64,000 bases of DNA from a virus (taxonomy: Duplodnaviria; Caudoviricetes): the IMG/VR virus record IMGVR_UViG_3300028888_000002. The stretch is one strand, 5' to 3'. Positions 36,949 to 47,010 of the stretch are shown here, one piece after another. The notes under the pieces were generated by a model. That model was given only the letters and a program-made list of their open reading frames with translations, did not search any database and was not told where the DNA came from. The stretch's first letter is position 1. Each line of letters opens with the position of its first letter. Both the position numbers and the translations under genes were made by a program.

Positions 36949-36982
36949 ATTATATTTAGGTTGAATAAGAGGAAGCTGACTT

Positions 36983-38761
36983 ATGGCTAAAAGAATACCC
37001 GCTAAACAAGTTGTCCGTGCAGGGACTAAATCCGATTTGCGTGAAAAACTTATTGACCGTGAATTGGGTTTTGAACCGACTGAATTTATGCTGTATGTCA
37101 AATACGGGGACGAAATCTACCCCGCAGGTGCCGTGAGCATACCTGCACCTGGGTCAAACAGCGTGTATATGGGTAAGGAAGACGGGACTATGGGTTGGGC
37201 TGACTTGCCCGCTACACCCGCCCCGTATGACGAAGAATTGAATGTCTATGAAAGCCTTGATGGTGTGCCGTTCGGAGCTGCGTTTGCCTATAAGGACTCC
37301 GAGGGTAACGACATTCAAATGAATGTGTATTATAGCCCCCGTGTCCGTGAACGCTACGGTCGCCTTGTAATTGTAAATGAAGAAGTTTCCCATTTGGCTA
37401 GTGTCCGTATTGGGTCCCGTGATTCTGCCTGGATTGGTGCTTTAATGCCTACTACGGCACCATCCCCCGATGGTGTGTTTAAGAAGGGCGACATTCTAAT
37501 GGTGGACAGCAACTTTGGCGACCACGGACCTATGCTTCTTTGGAAGCACCCCGAATCCGACGACGTGCGGGAAGCGTTGCCTGGTAAAATGCTTGTCGTG
37601 ACGTATGGTGAAACCACCCAAGCCGTAATCAATGCTGCTATCGCCAACAGGTATATTTTGGTGTTGGAGTATTTTGAGAACGACAGCACGGTTCCGCTGT
37701 ATGCCTATTATTCGCATTCAACCGATGCGGGTCCTGTGTTCCGCTCTACTGTGTATAGCAACGGGACCGTTAAGCAGTTTAGCGTTCTATACACGAACCA
37801 ATGGGTCACTGAAATTGTTCCTGTCAATAAGGTGTTTGTAGCCGTTAAGGATTCTACCACCTATGCCGAATTGAACACCGCTTTGGCTAACAACCAAATG
37901 CTAGTGTTGGAGTATTATAATGAAGGCTCCACAGTCCCGAATTATGCGTATTTCTATGGTTCTAGCGATGCGGGTGTCACGTTCCATACACTGCCCGATA
38001 ACAATGGTAATTACAAGACGTTCACGCTCTTATATACGAACCAATGGTCCGTTGCGGATGAATGCGTGTGCAACGTGTTCGTTGCAACGTATGGCGTGAC
38101 TTCTTCGCAGGACATTAGAACCGCTGTAAACAGTAACAAAGTCGTCTTGCTGCAAGGTGTCACAAGCGGACAGATACATATTGACTTTATACTGACTGAA
38201 ATGGTTGACGGGGCTAACCCGACTTATTTGTTCTGTTCCCCGTTGAACAGGTTTGGGACTTATTATTGGGCAGCGTTGGACGGTTCTACCTGGACTAATG
38301 GCGTCAAGTCCACTGCCATTGAAACTACAAGTAGTGGCTCAATCATATCAAGTTCTGTTTCCGAAACGGAACAGACTTTGCTTGAAGTTAAGCCCGTGTC
38401 TAGTGGTGCAAGTTCCATTGATTTCACTATCAAAGGGTTCGTCTATCAAGGTAAGTTTTCGTTTAGGGTCTATTCTAACAACTTGAGTTCCGTTCGGTTT
38501 GTTGGAACGAAGCACACGGTTAGAAACGACCAATCTAATCCGTTGAATGCCGTGGTCCTGTCCGACAACACCTTGACCATTCCTAGCAGCGGTTACGCAA
38601 GTTATAACCCGATTGAGGAACAGGAAAGCGTCAATACTAATACGATTGTCACGCTTGACCTTGTTGTGGAAGTCAATGGGACTACCTATGGCAACCTGCG
38701 AATCAAGAAATTTTATAGTAGCAGTGCTAACCGTGTTTGGGCTACCTACGATGGATTTTAA
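36983..38761 (+). CDS. Virion fibre/structural protein with three internal repeats
   Basis: Repeats starting LVVTYGETT, VFVAVKDSTT and VFVATYGVTS. Confidence 0.7.
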   Translation: MAKRIPAKQVVRAGTKSDLREKLIDRELGFEPTEFMLYVKYGDEIYPAGAVSIPAPGSNSVYMGKEDGTMGWADLPATPAPYDEELNVYESLDGVPFGAAFAYKDSEGNDIQMNVYYSPRVRERYGRLVIVNEEVSHLASVRIGSRDSAWIGALMPTTAPSPDGVFKKGDILMVDSNFGDHGPMLLWKHPESDDVREALPGKMLVVTYGETTQAVINAAIANRYILVLEYFENDSTVPLYAYYSHSTDAGPVFRSTVYSNGTVKQFSVLYTNQWVTEIVPVNKVFVAVKDSTTYAELNTALANNQMLVLEYYNEGSTVPNYAYFYGSSDAGVTFHTLPDNNGNYKTFTLLYTNQWSVADECVCNVFVATYGVTSSQDIRTAVNSNKVVLLQGVTSGQIHIDFILTEMVDGANPTYLFCSPLNRFGTYYWAALDGSTWTNGVKSTAIETTSSGSIISSSVSETEQTLLEVKPVSSGASSIDFTIKGFVYQGKFSFRVYSNNLSSVRFVGTKHTVRNDQSNPLNAVVLSDNTLTIPSSGYASYNPIEEQESVNTNTIVTLDLVVEVNGTTYGNLRIKKFYSSSANRVWATYDGF

Positions 38762-38767
38762 TTCGGG

Positions 38768-39544
38768 GTGTATATGCGTATAACAAAAGTAAATCAAAGG
38801 ATTTCACGCCTGGACGAACAGTTAAACACGCTGCTCTATTTGAAAGAACACCCGAAGCGTCGTCTGCACGAATCGTTGTCCGATTGGGCTGACCGTGAAG
38901 TTGAAATCGCTTGCAAGGGTGCCGACGGTTATGGGGCGGGCTGCTACAAGTCTGCATTAAAGGCATTCCGTTCTCTTATGGAAGACGGGCATAGTGGTTT
39001 TTCTATTGGTTGCACAAAGGCTATTTTGAACAGGCTTATTGACGGCAAGCCCTTGACGGCTATCAACGACGTGGATAGCGAATGGTGCGACGAATCCGAT
39101 TTCTACGGTGAAAGCGGGCACTATCAGCACAACCGTGCGTCGTCCGTATTTAAGACGGTGAACCCCGACGGTTCCGTTGAATACAACGACGTGGATAGGA
39201 CCGTGTTGGTTGAAGTTGCCGACGACGGGACCGAAACGACCTGGCACAGTGGTTTAGCGTCAAAACTTGTCAATGAAGTTGTTGGTCCGATTACGTTCCC
39301 GTATTACCCTAGTGCGAAACCTTATAAGGTTTACGCCCGTCAATTTGACTCCGTGAATGCAGAAGTTGGCTGCTTTGACACGTCGCATATTTTGAAGATT
39401 GAAGACCCCGACGGGAATGTTATTGACTGCGAACGCTTCTATGTTGAGGGTGGCGACCGTGGCTTCCAGGAAGTAGGACGTGACGAATACGCTGCCCGTG
39501 TGTTGTCATACAGGAATGCCCTCAAAAATAAGTGTAGTAAATAA
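38768..39544 (+). CDS. Conserved phage domain (GHSGFS) behind an RRLHES tag
   Basis: WADREV...GHSGFS...PLT...YQHNR.SSVFK...ITFPYYP preceded by a basic leader of about 35 aa. Confidence 0.75.
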   Translation: MYMRITKVNQRISRLDEQLNTLLYLKEHPKRRLHESLSDWADREVEIACKGADGYGAGCYKSALKAFRSLMEDGHSGFSIGCTKAILNRLIDGKPLTAINDVDSEWCDESDFYGESGHYQHNRASSVFKTVNPDGSVEYNDVDRTVLVEVADDGTETTWHSGLASKLVNEVVGPITFPYYPSAKPYKVYARQFDSVNAEVGCFDTSHILKIEDPDGNVIDCERFYVEGGDRGFQEVGRDEYAARVLSYRNALKNKCSK

Positions 39545-39593
39545 ATAGCATTATGTTGTCTGTGAATTTATTATATTGCGGAGGAACTGAACT

Positions 39594-39854
39594 ATGGAGC
39601 AATTTGTGGAAATTCTAACAGGATTGTCTAGCATTATAGGTGTTCCCGCAACGCTTTGTCTAGCGTGGGCTGTTTTTATTATCAAAGACCACGCAAAGCG
39701 TATTGAGAAATTGGAAACTGCCCTGGACGCATTTGACAATAAACGAGCCGAGGAACTCAACGCTATCTATGAGCGTATAAATTCTATGGCGGGCGATGTT
39801 GCTTTCATTAAAGGTGCATTGTCCGAACGCTATAAGCAGGAGGGTTCTAAATGA
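39594..39854 (+). CDS. Holin-like membrane protein
   Basis: N-terminal TM helix plus coiled coil, upstream of the peptidase. Confidence 0.55.
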   Translation: MEQFVEILTGLSSIIGVPATLCLAWAVFIIKDHAKRIEKLETALDAFDNKRAEELNAIYERINSMAGDVAFIKGALSERYKQEGSK

Positions 39855-40321
39855 ACGTCTATGCAATAACTTTGGATAAACCTTGTCTAGCCGTTACGCC
39901 TATCGGTGACAGGTATTATAAACTTTCGCAGGACACTACCGTTACGGTTCATACCGATATTGGTTGTCTTGAAATGCTAATCAAGGCGGGATTCATTACG
40001 AATTTCCGTAGCGGTGGCAGGTTCGTTGACGGCTTCGTGGACCAGGTGGGCGACGAAAAGAAGTCGCTCATTTACCTTATTCACGACCTGTTCTACACTC
40101 CTTGTGACGACTGTAACGGTGAACACCCTGTAACCCGTGAATTTGCCGACGAATTTTTGCGTGACGGTCTTGAATGGGCGGGTATGGGCAAGATTAAACG
40201 TAATGTGGTTTATTACTCCGTCCGTGTGTTCGGAAAGTCCGCATACGAAGACGACGACCATCTTACGGACACTAATCGGATTCTGTTTACGTTCAAGTGG
40301 TCTGCCAGGGAAGCGGGGTAG
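39851..40321 (+). CDS. DUF1353-like protein
   Basis: GFITNFRS...IHDLFY...ADEFL...YYSVRVFG. Confidence 0.7.
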   Translation: MNVYAITLDKPCLAVTPIGDRYYKLSQDTTVTVHTDIGCLEMLIKAGFITNFRSGGRFVDGFVDQVGDEKKSLIYLIHDLFYTPCDDCNGEHPVTREFADEFLRDGLEWAGMGKIKRNVVYYSVRVFGKSAYEDDDHLTDTNRILFTFKWSAREAG

Positions 40322-40326
40322 TTTGT

Positions 40327-40740
40327 ATGACGCTTACGGAATACTTGAAGCATTTTATCGGTCGCCCCTACATTTGGAGCGGTGACGGGACGGGAAAAAC
40401 CGCTAATGGCTTTGATTGCAGCGGTCTTGTCCTGGAAGGTCTTTGGGCGTTGGGGCTTTATACAGGCTCCGACGTTACAGCACAGGGACTTTACAATTTT
40501 CTTACGAAGCAGGCTAATTGGCGGGAGGGCAATACAGACCACGCCAACGACGGGGACATTTTGTTCTTCGGAAAAGCTGTTACAAAGATTACGCACGTAG
40601 CCGTAGCCCTGGGTGACGGCTTGATGATTGAAGCGGGGGGCGGTGGTTCGTCCTGCAAGTCTGCTGCGACTTCTACGGGTTTCGTCCGTGTAAGACCTAT
40701 CCGTAAGGACGTTGTAGCCTGCGTCTATTTGAAAAAGTAG
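40327..40740 (+). CDS. NlpC/P60 cell-wall peptidase (endolysin candidate)
   Basis: GRPYIW.G, FDCSG, GDILFF, HVA. Confidence 0.9.
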   Translation: MTLTEYLKHFIGRPYIWSGDGTGKTANGFDCSGLVLEGLWALGLYTGSDVTAQGLYNFLTKQANWREGNTDHANDGDILFFGKAVTKITHVAVALGDGLMIEAGGGGSSCKSAATSTGFVRVRPIRKDVVACVYLKK

Positions 40741-40768
40741 CCATTGTGCTATATTAAATTGAGAGGGA

Positions 40769-41107
40769 TTGTCTATGGACCTGTTGTGTCAAATAACGTC
40801 GGTGGTCTTGTCTATGTGCTTGCTTGTAGCCTGTGTCTATTTGGTGCAGCAGGTCCGTAAGGCTATGGAACAGTTCCAAAAATTTGAGAAGCTGTTTAGG
40901 ACCCTGCGTGAAGCAAATACAAAGGCACGGTTTATGGCTGTGTCTGTAAAGGACAAGGTTTCGCTCTTTGAAACAACTTTACAGGACTTGCAGGCTCAAA
41001 TAGACGTTATATTCCAATCGTCAAATAAATCGCCAAAGACCGAGGTAAACAATGGAAACAACGACGCTAGTTCTACTAATCCTGCTGATTCTGTCCTTAA
41101 TCGGTAA
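40769..41107 (+). CDS. Membrane-anchored coiled-coil protein (possible spanin component)
   Basis: N-terminal TM helix plus coiled coil after the endolysin. Confidence 0.5.
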   Translation: MSMDLLCQITSVVLSMCLLVACVYLVQQVRKAMEQFQKFEKLFRTLREANTKARFMAVSVKDKVSLFETTLQDLQAQIDVIFQSSNKSPKTEVNNGNNDASSTNPADSVLNR

Positions 41108-41255
41108 CATTTTGCTTGTTATCCGTGTGGCAGTTCTGCGAAATTACCTATCTTTATTTGAAGCGAAGATAGCCGACATTGAAAAGCGACTATCCCCTAA
41201 ACATTTACAAAAGGAACAGAAAAATGAACAAGAACAAAAAACTGTCCGTTCTTAA
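41052..41255 (+). CDS. Small membrane protein
   Basis: GAGG RBS, long hydrophobic N-terminus. Confidence 0.55.
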   Translation: METTTLVLLILLILSLIGNILLVIRVAVLRNYLSLFEAKIADIEKRLSPKHLQKEQKNEQEQKTVRS

Positions 41256-41580
41256 AGACCTCATTAGCAAGCGTCGTTCCCGCCCGCAGGTTGCACAGCC
41301 GAAGACCGTGAACACCGCTGTCAAGCATCCGAAAGTTGAAGCCCCGAAAGTGGAAGCACCGAAGGTGGAAGAAAAGCCCGTTGAACAGCCACAGGTTGAA
41401 GTAGCGGAAACCCCGACGGCTCCGATTGCCGAAGAAGTCCAGGTTGAAGCCCAGGTTGAAACTCCCGTGGAAGTTCCGCAGGAAGAAGCCCCGATTGCCG
41501 AAGCCCCCGCTGAAACGGTGGAAGCCGAAGTGAAGCCGAAGCGTCGCAACCGCAGAAACCGTGAGGTTGAAAATGGCTAA
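41224..41580 (+). CDS. Low-complexity Glu/Pro/Val-rich protein with basic ends
   Basis: PKVEA and PIAE repeats. Confidence 0.65.
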   Translation: MNKNKKLSVLKDLISKRRSRPQVAQPKTVNTAVKHPKVEAPKVEAPKVEEKPVEQPQVEVAETPTAPIAEEVQVEAQVETPVEVPQEEAPIAEAPAETVEAEVKPKRRNRRNREVENG

Positions 41581-41707
41581 AAAGAATGTTGACGAAGTTA
41601 TCGTCAAGGTCCCGCAGGGGACCAAAACCGTGAAGATTGAATTTGGTAACTCCCCGTCTAATGAAAACGTTGGCGGTAAGGGTTCCCGAAAGAAAATCTG
41701 CGACTAA
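41573..41707 (+). CDS. Small hypothetical protein (44 aa)
   Basis: GAGG RBS, MAKKNVDEVIVK...; not in the ORF track. Confidence 0.5.
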   Translation: MAKKNVDEVIVKVPQGTKTVKIEFGNSPSNENVGGKGSRKKICD

Positions 41708-41725
41708 CCGAAAAACCGACACCCT

Positions 41726-42625
41726 ATGGATATTCTAATACCGTTCGTTGAATCTAACGACGACGCTTGGCTTGACGTATTCCTAAAAGCCAAAAACTTG
41801 CACCCGAAGAATGAAAAGGCACGACAGATTTTCTTTGTGCCTTTTCGTCGTCGGTATTCTAGCCACGGGCTTTTCAAGTATTGGTGGCGGGCGTTGGAAC
41901 AGAACTACAAGGATTTGGGCAAGGTCCATTTGCTGCTAATGCAGCCCTCGCAGTTCCCGTCTTTCTTGAAAAAGGACGACCCCCGAATTGTGGTTCATTA
42001 CCATAATGAGTTTATCCCCGACAAGCACCGCCCCTGCTTTAACAGCAGCACCATTGAGCTATGTGCTATCAAGGAATTGGACTTGAAGGGCAATTTCATT
42101 TTGGCGAACGACGATATGTATGCGAACGCTCCCGTGGACGATACCTGTTTTGAACAGGACGGGAAGCCGTTGACGTTCATTGAGAGCCGTGACGCTTACG
42201 GTGTGTTCAATCAGTTCCGAAAGACGCTTACCAACGGTCACAAGTTGGTCCTGGACCATTACTGCAAGCCCCTGCCTTATTACCATTGGCACCATTTGTT
42301 CCAGGTCTATAACGCTGAATTTTGCAAGGCGTTCTTGAACGAAGAATGGGAGAGGATTTCTAGCGGGTTGGGCAAGTGGCGACGGGACCACGACTACAAC
42401 CATATGCTGCTAATGATGGCACAGAACATTAGCGGTATGGCGGTCCACAGCGAAAAGTTCCCGCATATAGGCTACTTTGAAATGCCTACGTTCTCGCCCC
42501 AGGTTTATGCGGAAGCCGACACCCGCCAGGTTGTCTGCTTTAATGACACTACGGGCAAGAATGACAAGACCACCCGTGAGTATTTGGCAAGAAAATACCC
42601 GAACAAGAGTTCTTTTGAAGTTTGA
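41726..42625 (+). CDS. Stealth-family hexose-1-phosphate transferase
   Basis: DILIPFV, H.EFIP...PCFNSSTIE, ANDDM, CFND, YPNKSSFE conserved regions. Confidence 0.85.
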   Translation: MDILIPFVESNDDAWLDVFLKAKNLHPKNEKARQIFFVPFRRRYSSHGLFKYWWRALEQNYKDLGKVHLLLMQPSQFPSFLKKDDPRIVVHYHNEFIPDKHRPCFNSSTIELCAIKELDLKGNFILANDDMYANAPVDDTCFEQDGKPLTFIESRDAYGVFNQFRKTLTNGHKLVLDHYCKPLPYYHWHHLFQVYNAEFCKAFLNEEWERISSGLGKWRRDHDYNHMLLMMAQNISGMAVHSEKFPHIGYFEMPTFSPQVYAEADTRQVVCFNDTTGKNDKTTREYLARKYPNKSSFEV

Positions 42626-42655
42626 CGTTCCCTAGAATTATATATATTTAGGGAT

Positions 42656-42997
42656 ATGGATTTTAACCACGATTATGACGGCACTAACGAATTGCTCGTT
42701 GTGGGCAGTCGTGAACGCTTGCAGGCTTGCAAGTGCGTGATTTTGGCGTTTGGGGATTTGGGTTATACGGACCCGCCCCTGCCCGATTTAAGTGAAGCTA
42801 TCGGTGACTTTACGGATTACGACGGGCAGACCGCTGTAAAGAATAAAATCCGTGAAATCCTAATCCGCTCGCAGGTAGTCCGTGACGACGAAATCCTGGG
42901 CATTGACATAATTTCACAGGTTGGCGACGAAAGGTTCACCGTGGACCTGCAATTAACGTTCGGTAATGAAACTTTTGACGTAAACGGGATAGTGTAG
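42656..42997 (+). CDS. Baseplate protein (gp25-like candidate)
   Basis: Size and position before the wedge gene. Confidence 0.5.
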   Translation: MDFNHDYDGTNELLVVGSRERLQACKCVILAFGDLGYTDPPLPDLSEAIGDFTDYDGQTAVKNKIREILIRSQVVRDDEILGIDIISQVGDERFTVDLQLTFGNETFDVNGIV

Positions 42998-43007
42998 AGG
43001 TTAAAGT

Positions 43008-45011
43008 ATGGCTCAACAGTTCTATGACCATTTTGCATTAGCGAACCTGTCCATACAGGAACGCTTGGGGCGTTCCGCAGCCACGCTTAATAAGGACTCC
43101 GCAGTATTTGGGCAGCAGACCCGTTCGTTCTTGCAGATGCTTATGTATGGGCTTGACGCTATCACAGCCCGTTCCGCTTCGCACCTGCTCAATATGGACG
43201 TGCTGTATAGCAACGACGCTTACTTGCTGAAACTTGCGGAAGGCATTCTGCTTAACAGCGTTGAGTCTATCACTCCCCCGAAGATTAACGCTGCAACTCC
43301 GTTCCGCTTTTGGTCGGAACGCTCTTACACCCGTTGGAGTTCGCTAGGGACGATTTCGCTGAAAGACGGGACGAAGACGAACCTTATTGTGTTCAAGATT
43401 GACGCAACAGGTCACGTAGAAGGCTCCGACCTGGGGACTGAATACGAAGCCCTTTACTGTGCGGGCGACTACGTGCAGCAGACTATTGACAGCGGTTTTG
43501 ACGGTTACACGCCTGGTATTTTTGCACCCGTGCTTATTCCCGAAACCTACAAGTCCGTATGGTCGGAGTCCGTTGAAGTTAAGTTGGAAATGGATAGCGA
43601 CGAAGACCCTATTTATCCGAAACTTGCCTGGTCCCTGGACGAACTTTTGTCTATGCCGAACGCAGACGACGCAGCCTTGATTCAGCATACCGCCCGTGGT
43701 ATGACGCTGACCCTGGGTGACGGGGAAATCTTTGGCAAGGCTTATAACGGTGGCAGCGGTAAGGCTCATATTAAGCAGGTCATTGTGACCTACGTTAAGT
43801 GTGAAAGCCTTGCCCCTGTGGACCATTCTTCCATAAAGTTCAATTCGGACATTACGGAAATGTTCCTTAAAGGTGAAAGCACTCCGTTGCTTTCGCCTAT
43901 GAACACGGGTGACACCCCGACTTCTTTGCGTTCCCGTGCCATAGCGGAATTTTTCGCTGCAAGCAAGATTACGGACGAACGTGACCTTGTGACCGAGGTT
44001 AGTAAGATACCGTTCGTGAAGTCCTGCTATGGACGCAGGGAGTATAATTGGTCTTCCTGGGTTACGGTATCTATGCTGTTAAAGGGCTATAACGATTCTA
44101 AATACGGTCGTAACACAAAAGAGCGACTGTTCTTTAACCGTTATAAGTATAGCAACTACCGTCGTTACAATCCTGGTGAAATGGTAGTCTATGGGACGAA
44201 CCTTTATGTTTGCTCCGACCCGAACCACAGGGGTGTTCCGTCGGCAAAGAACGGTTGGGCGTTCTATATGTCCTTGACGGATGGCAGCAAACTTTCGCAG
44301 ATTTACCAACGCTATTACCCGTCGTCCTGTGTGTATGACAATGCCACAATCGTGCTTTCGGGTCTAGTGTTGAAGAACCGCAGGTATTGGAGCGAAAACG
44401 GTATTTACTACCAGGGCGACGTTGTTTACCATTCAAAGACGAAGCAGCTTTGGCTTGCGTTGCGTGACGGTGGGCAGACTGTTGAACCTGGTAGCGAAGA
44501 CGACGTGTCGCTGTATAGCGAAAACAGATTTTGGGCTACCCGTGAAGAAGCCGTTGAACTTGACGACGACAGTTCCACGGAGCAGGTCTATAACCTGTCT
44601 TACAAGTTTGACGACTACGAACAACTGACACAGGCTATCTTTGAATCCGAAATCAAGGGTTATTTCAACATAGCGGGCAAGTTGGGATTTACGTCTGTTG
44701 TGGTTGAACCGCTTGGGCAGGTTGGCGTAAGCGTTGACATTCAATACACCGCCCCTTATACGATGCAGCAGCAGGTCCGAAAGGCTATTGAAGACTATGT
44801 TTGCTATCACGTAGGTAAGACCCTGGAAGCCGATACGCTCAACTCTATGCTTACTGAAAGTTTCAACTTGTCGTCCGTCTATGTGACGATTAAGTTGGAC
44901 TCTGTGGATAATTCGCAGAACGGTATTGAGTTGGTCTTGCCGTCGGCTACCTATGTGCCACCTAGCCTGCTCAATGTATCACTTAAAGAATATCTTGGAA
45001 CGAGGAAGTAA
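43008..45011 (+). CDS. Baseplate wedge protein (gp6/J-like) with inserted YxxGDxV modules
   Basis: FGDG-like LGDG, DT..SLRSRA...ITDERD pattern. Confidence 0.65.
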   Translation: MAQQFYDHFALANLSIQERLGRSAATLNKDSAVFGQQTRSFLQMLMYGLDAITARSASHLLNMDVLYSNDAYLLKLAEGILLNSVESITPPKINAATPFRFWSERSYTRWSSLGTISLKDGTKTNLIVFKIDATGHVEGSDLGTEYEALYCAGDYVQQTIDSGFDGYTPGIFAPVLIPETYKSVWSESVEVKLEMDSDEDPIYPKLAWSLDELLSMPNADDAALIQHTARGMTLTLGDGEIFGKAYNGGSGKAHIKQVIVTYVKCESLAPVDHSSIKFNSDITEMFLKGESTPLLSPMNTGDTPTSLRSRAIAEFFAASKITDERDLVTEVSKIPFVKSCYGRREYNWSSWVTVSMLLKGYNDSKYGRNTKERLFFNRYKYSNYRRYNPGEMVVYGTNLYVCSDPNHRGVPSAKNGWAFYMSLTDGSKLSQIYQRYYPSSCVYDNATIVLSGLVLKNRRYWSENGIYYQGDVVYHSKTKQLWLALRDGGQTVEPGSEDDVSLYSENRFWATREEAVELDDDSSTEQVYNLSYKFDDYEQLTQAIFESEIKGYFNIAGKLGFTSVVVEPLGQVGVSVDIQYTAPYTMQQQVRKAIEDYVCYHVGKTLEADTLNSMLTESFNLSSVYVTIKLDSVDNSQNGIELVLPSATYVPPSLLNVSLKEYLGTRK

Positions 45012-45014
45012 CCT

Positions 45015-45782
45015 ATGGAACAAATGCCTGCTGCTATCGTTGATTTCGCTGCTGCTTTGAAGCTGCTTGGGCAGTCCCAAAGCGACGTTGCCGAAATCGT
45101 AACAAAGTGGGACTTAATCTGTAATACCGACACGCCCCGCACTGTTGAAATTCAGTTGTCTAACGGGGTTCATAAGGTAGATAACCTCGCTAAAATCCGC
45201 AACGATTTGATTAAGGGTTTGTCCCTTGACGAACCGAAAGTAAAGTCTGTGCAGTTTTCGGCATACCGTGTGAGCGGTAGAATTTCCGCTACGGACCGCA
45301 TATCTAATGCGTGGCACGAAGACGGGGAAGACCCGTATGAACCTACACGGGTGGGTTGGGAAACTTCGGCACGTTTTGGCAATACGGATATGGAATCTGT
45401 GTGTATGCCGACTACGCCCAACATTACCGTGCGTATGAGTGACCTACGCCCCGTTATCTTTGTCGGTTGGGCTACGGGGACGGACGGCAACCCGATTACG
45501 ACGTTTGACATTCACATAAAGTCTATGCAATCTGCGTGGTCTAGTTCCTTGTATAGCGAAAAGCAGTATTATACAAGGACTACGTTTGTGAATACGAACC
45601 CTAACGGTGACGACGTTACGATTAGACTTTGGTATGACGATACTAACCCGAAGGGTTATTTTACCCGTGTGCTGCCTGTTCGTAAGAGTTTCACTGTTCT
45701 TGTTTGGGCTGCTCTTGGGCAAAACCTGGTGAACATTCTTGAACTTAAAGAAGATATTGAGGGGGAACTGACTAATGGCTAG
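45015..45782 (+). CDS. Putative baseplate/tail structural protein
   Basis: In the structural operon. Confidence 0.6.
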   Translation: MEQMPAAIVDFAAALKLLGQSQSDVAEIVTKWDLICNTDTPRTVEIQLSNGVHKVDNLAKIRNDLIKGLSLDEPKVKSVQFSAYRVSGRISATDRISNAWHEDGEDPYEPTRVGWETSARFGNTDMESVCMPTTPNITVRMSDLRPVIFVGWATGTDGNPITTFDIHIKSMQSAWSSSLYSEKQYYTRTTFVNTNPNGDDVTIRLWYDDTNPKGYFTRVLPVRKSFTVLVWAALGQNLVNILELKEDIEGELTNG

Positions 45783-47007
45783 TATTGCAGATAGTTCTAC
45801 TTCTCTTGAAGCTATGAAGTCTGCCAACGACGACTTCGTTGAACTCATTTTGAAGTTGAAGTCCCTGCTTAACGGCAAGGAACCTGTCACGTTCAATATG
45901 GGTAAATACAGTATAACCGTGCAGTCCGTCCTGGATTTGATTTCTAACTATAAGGACGGCAAGTTTGACGAACTGTATTTGGGCGGTCAAGGCGTTGGAA
46001 AGAAAGTCAAGCTGTCCGTGGACGCTAACGGTAATTTGTGCGTCACCGATACCGACGGCTACAAGGTTTCCGTATCGTGCAGCAAGATAATTTCTGCGAC
46101 CATTCAGCAGTGCTACGCAAAGTATGTCACTGCGAAAGACGTGCGTATAAGTTCGCTTGAAGGCAGGACTTCTGTTAAGGGTGGTTCCGTAAAATTCTCT
46201 AATATGTCTTTTGAGAATTTGAAGGTCAACAACTTGGAAGCACAGAAAGTCAAGACTAACGTTTTGAACGTTGCGTCTGCCCTTAACTGCGACGGCATTC
46301 TTCTTACGGGTGTTCGTAAGTTTGCTCCGCAGCTTGTTCGCAGAATGTTCTATCGTGACAACAGCCCGATAGACAATGCAGCGAACTCGGTAGTTATTGA
46401 AAACAACGTGTGGAATATGAACGCAGGTGGCGGTAAACTTTCCCCGCTTGATTTTGGGTTCCCGCAGGCAGAAAACCCTACGCAGTTGCAAGCTACTTCT
46501 GCGGTGCCCGACATTATTCAAATTTGTGGGAATAATAAGTTTAGTGATTTTGCGACACGTAGTCAAGTTTTCTTTAAGACATACAAGCAAGCTAGGACCG
46601 TCCCTGGGAATGTTGCTGCGTATGTGTCTGCTCCGAATAGCGATAGCTACTATGATATAACGTTTGAGGGCAGTAACTATTCGTTTGCTGCTTTAATGGC
46701 ATTCCCTACGGGTGGTTTTTCTTCTACGCTTACAGAAAAGGGTGCGTTATACCTTACGTCGTTCTCTGCCAACGATATTGGTAAGGAAATCTATTACCAA
46801 ACCTATGACCAGGATTGGTATATTTACAGGACGATGGTATTGGCGTATTCGTCTGCAACTGCAAAGATACCCGCTGTTGGTTTCGGTGCTTACACGAAAA
46901 TTCCTAAATACTCTTGTGTGCGGTTTATCGTGGGTTGCACGGACGAAACTAAAACCGAGGGTTCGTCTTCTTCAAGAACTGTAACTTACTCTTTGGATTT
47001 ATCGTAG
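45775..47007 (+). CDS. Putative tail structural protein
   Basis: In the structural operon; beta-helix-like segment. Confidence 0.6.
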   Translation: MASIADSSTSLEAMKSANDDFVELILKLKSLLNGKEPVTFNMGKYSITVQSVLDLISNYKDGKFDELYLGGQGVGKKVKLSVDANGNLCVTDTDGYKVSVSCSKIISATIQQCYAKYVTAKDVRISSLEGRTSVKGGSVKFSNMSFENLKVNNLEAQKVKTNVLNVASALNCDGILLTGVRKFAPQLVRRMFYRDNSPIDNAANSVVIENNVWNMNAGGGKLSPLDFGFPQAENPTQLQATSAVPDIIQICGNNKFSDFATRSQVFFKTYKQARTVPGNVAAYVSAPNSDSYYDITFEGSNYSFAALMAFPTGGFSSTLTEKGALYLTSFSANDIGKEIYYQTYDQDWYIYRTMVLAYSSATAKIPAVGFGAYTKIPKYSCVRFIVGCTDETKTEGSSSSRTVTYSLDLS

Positions 47008-47010
47008 CTT

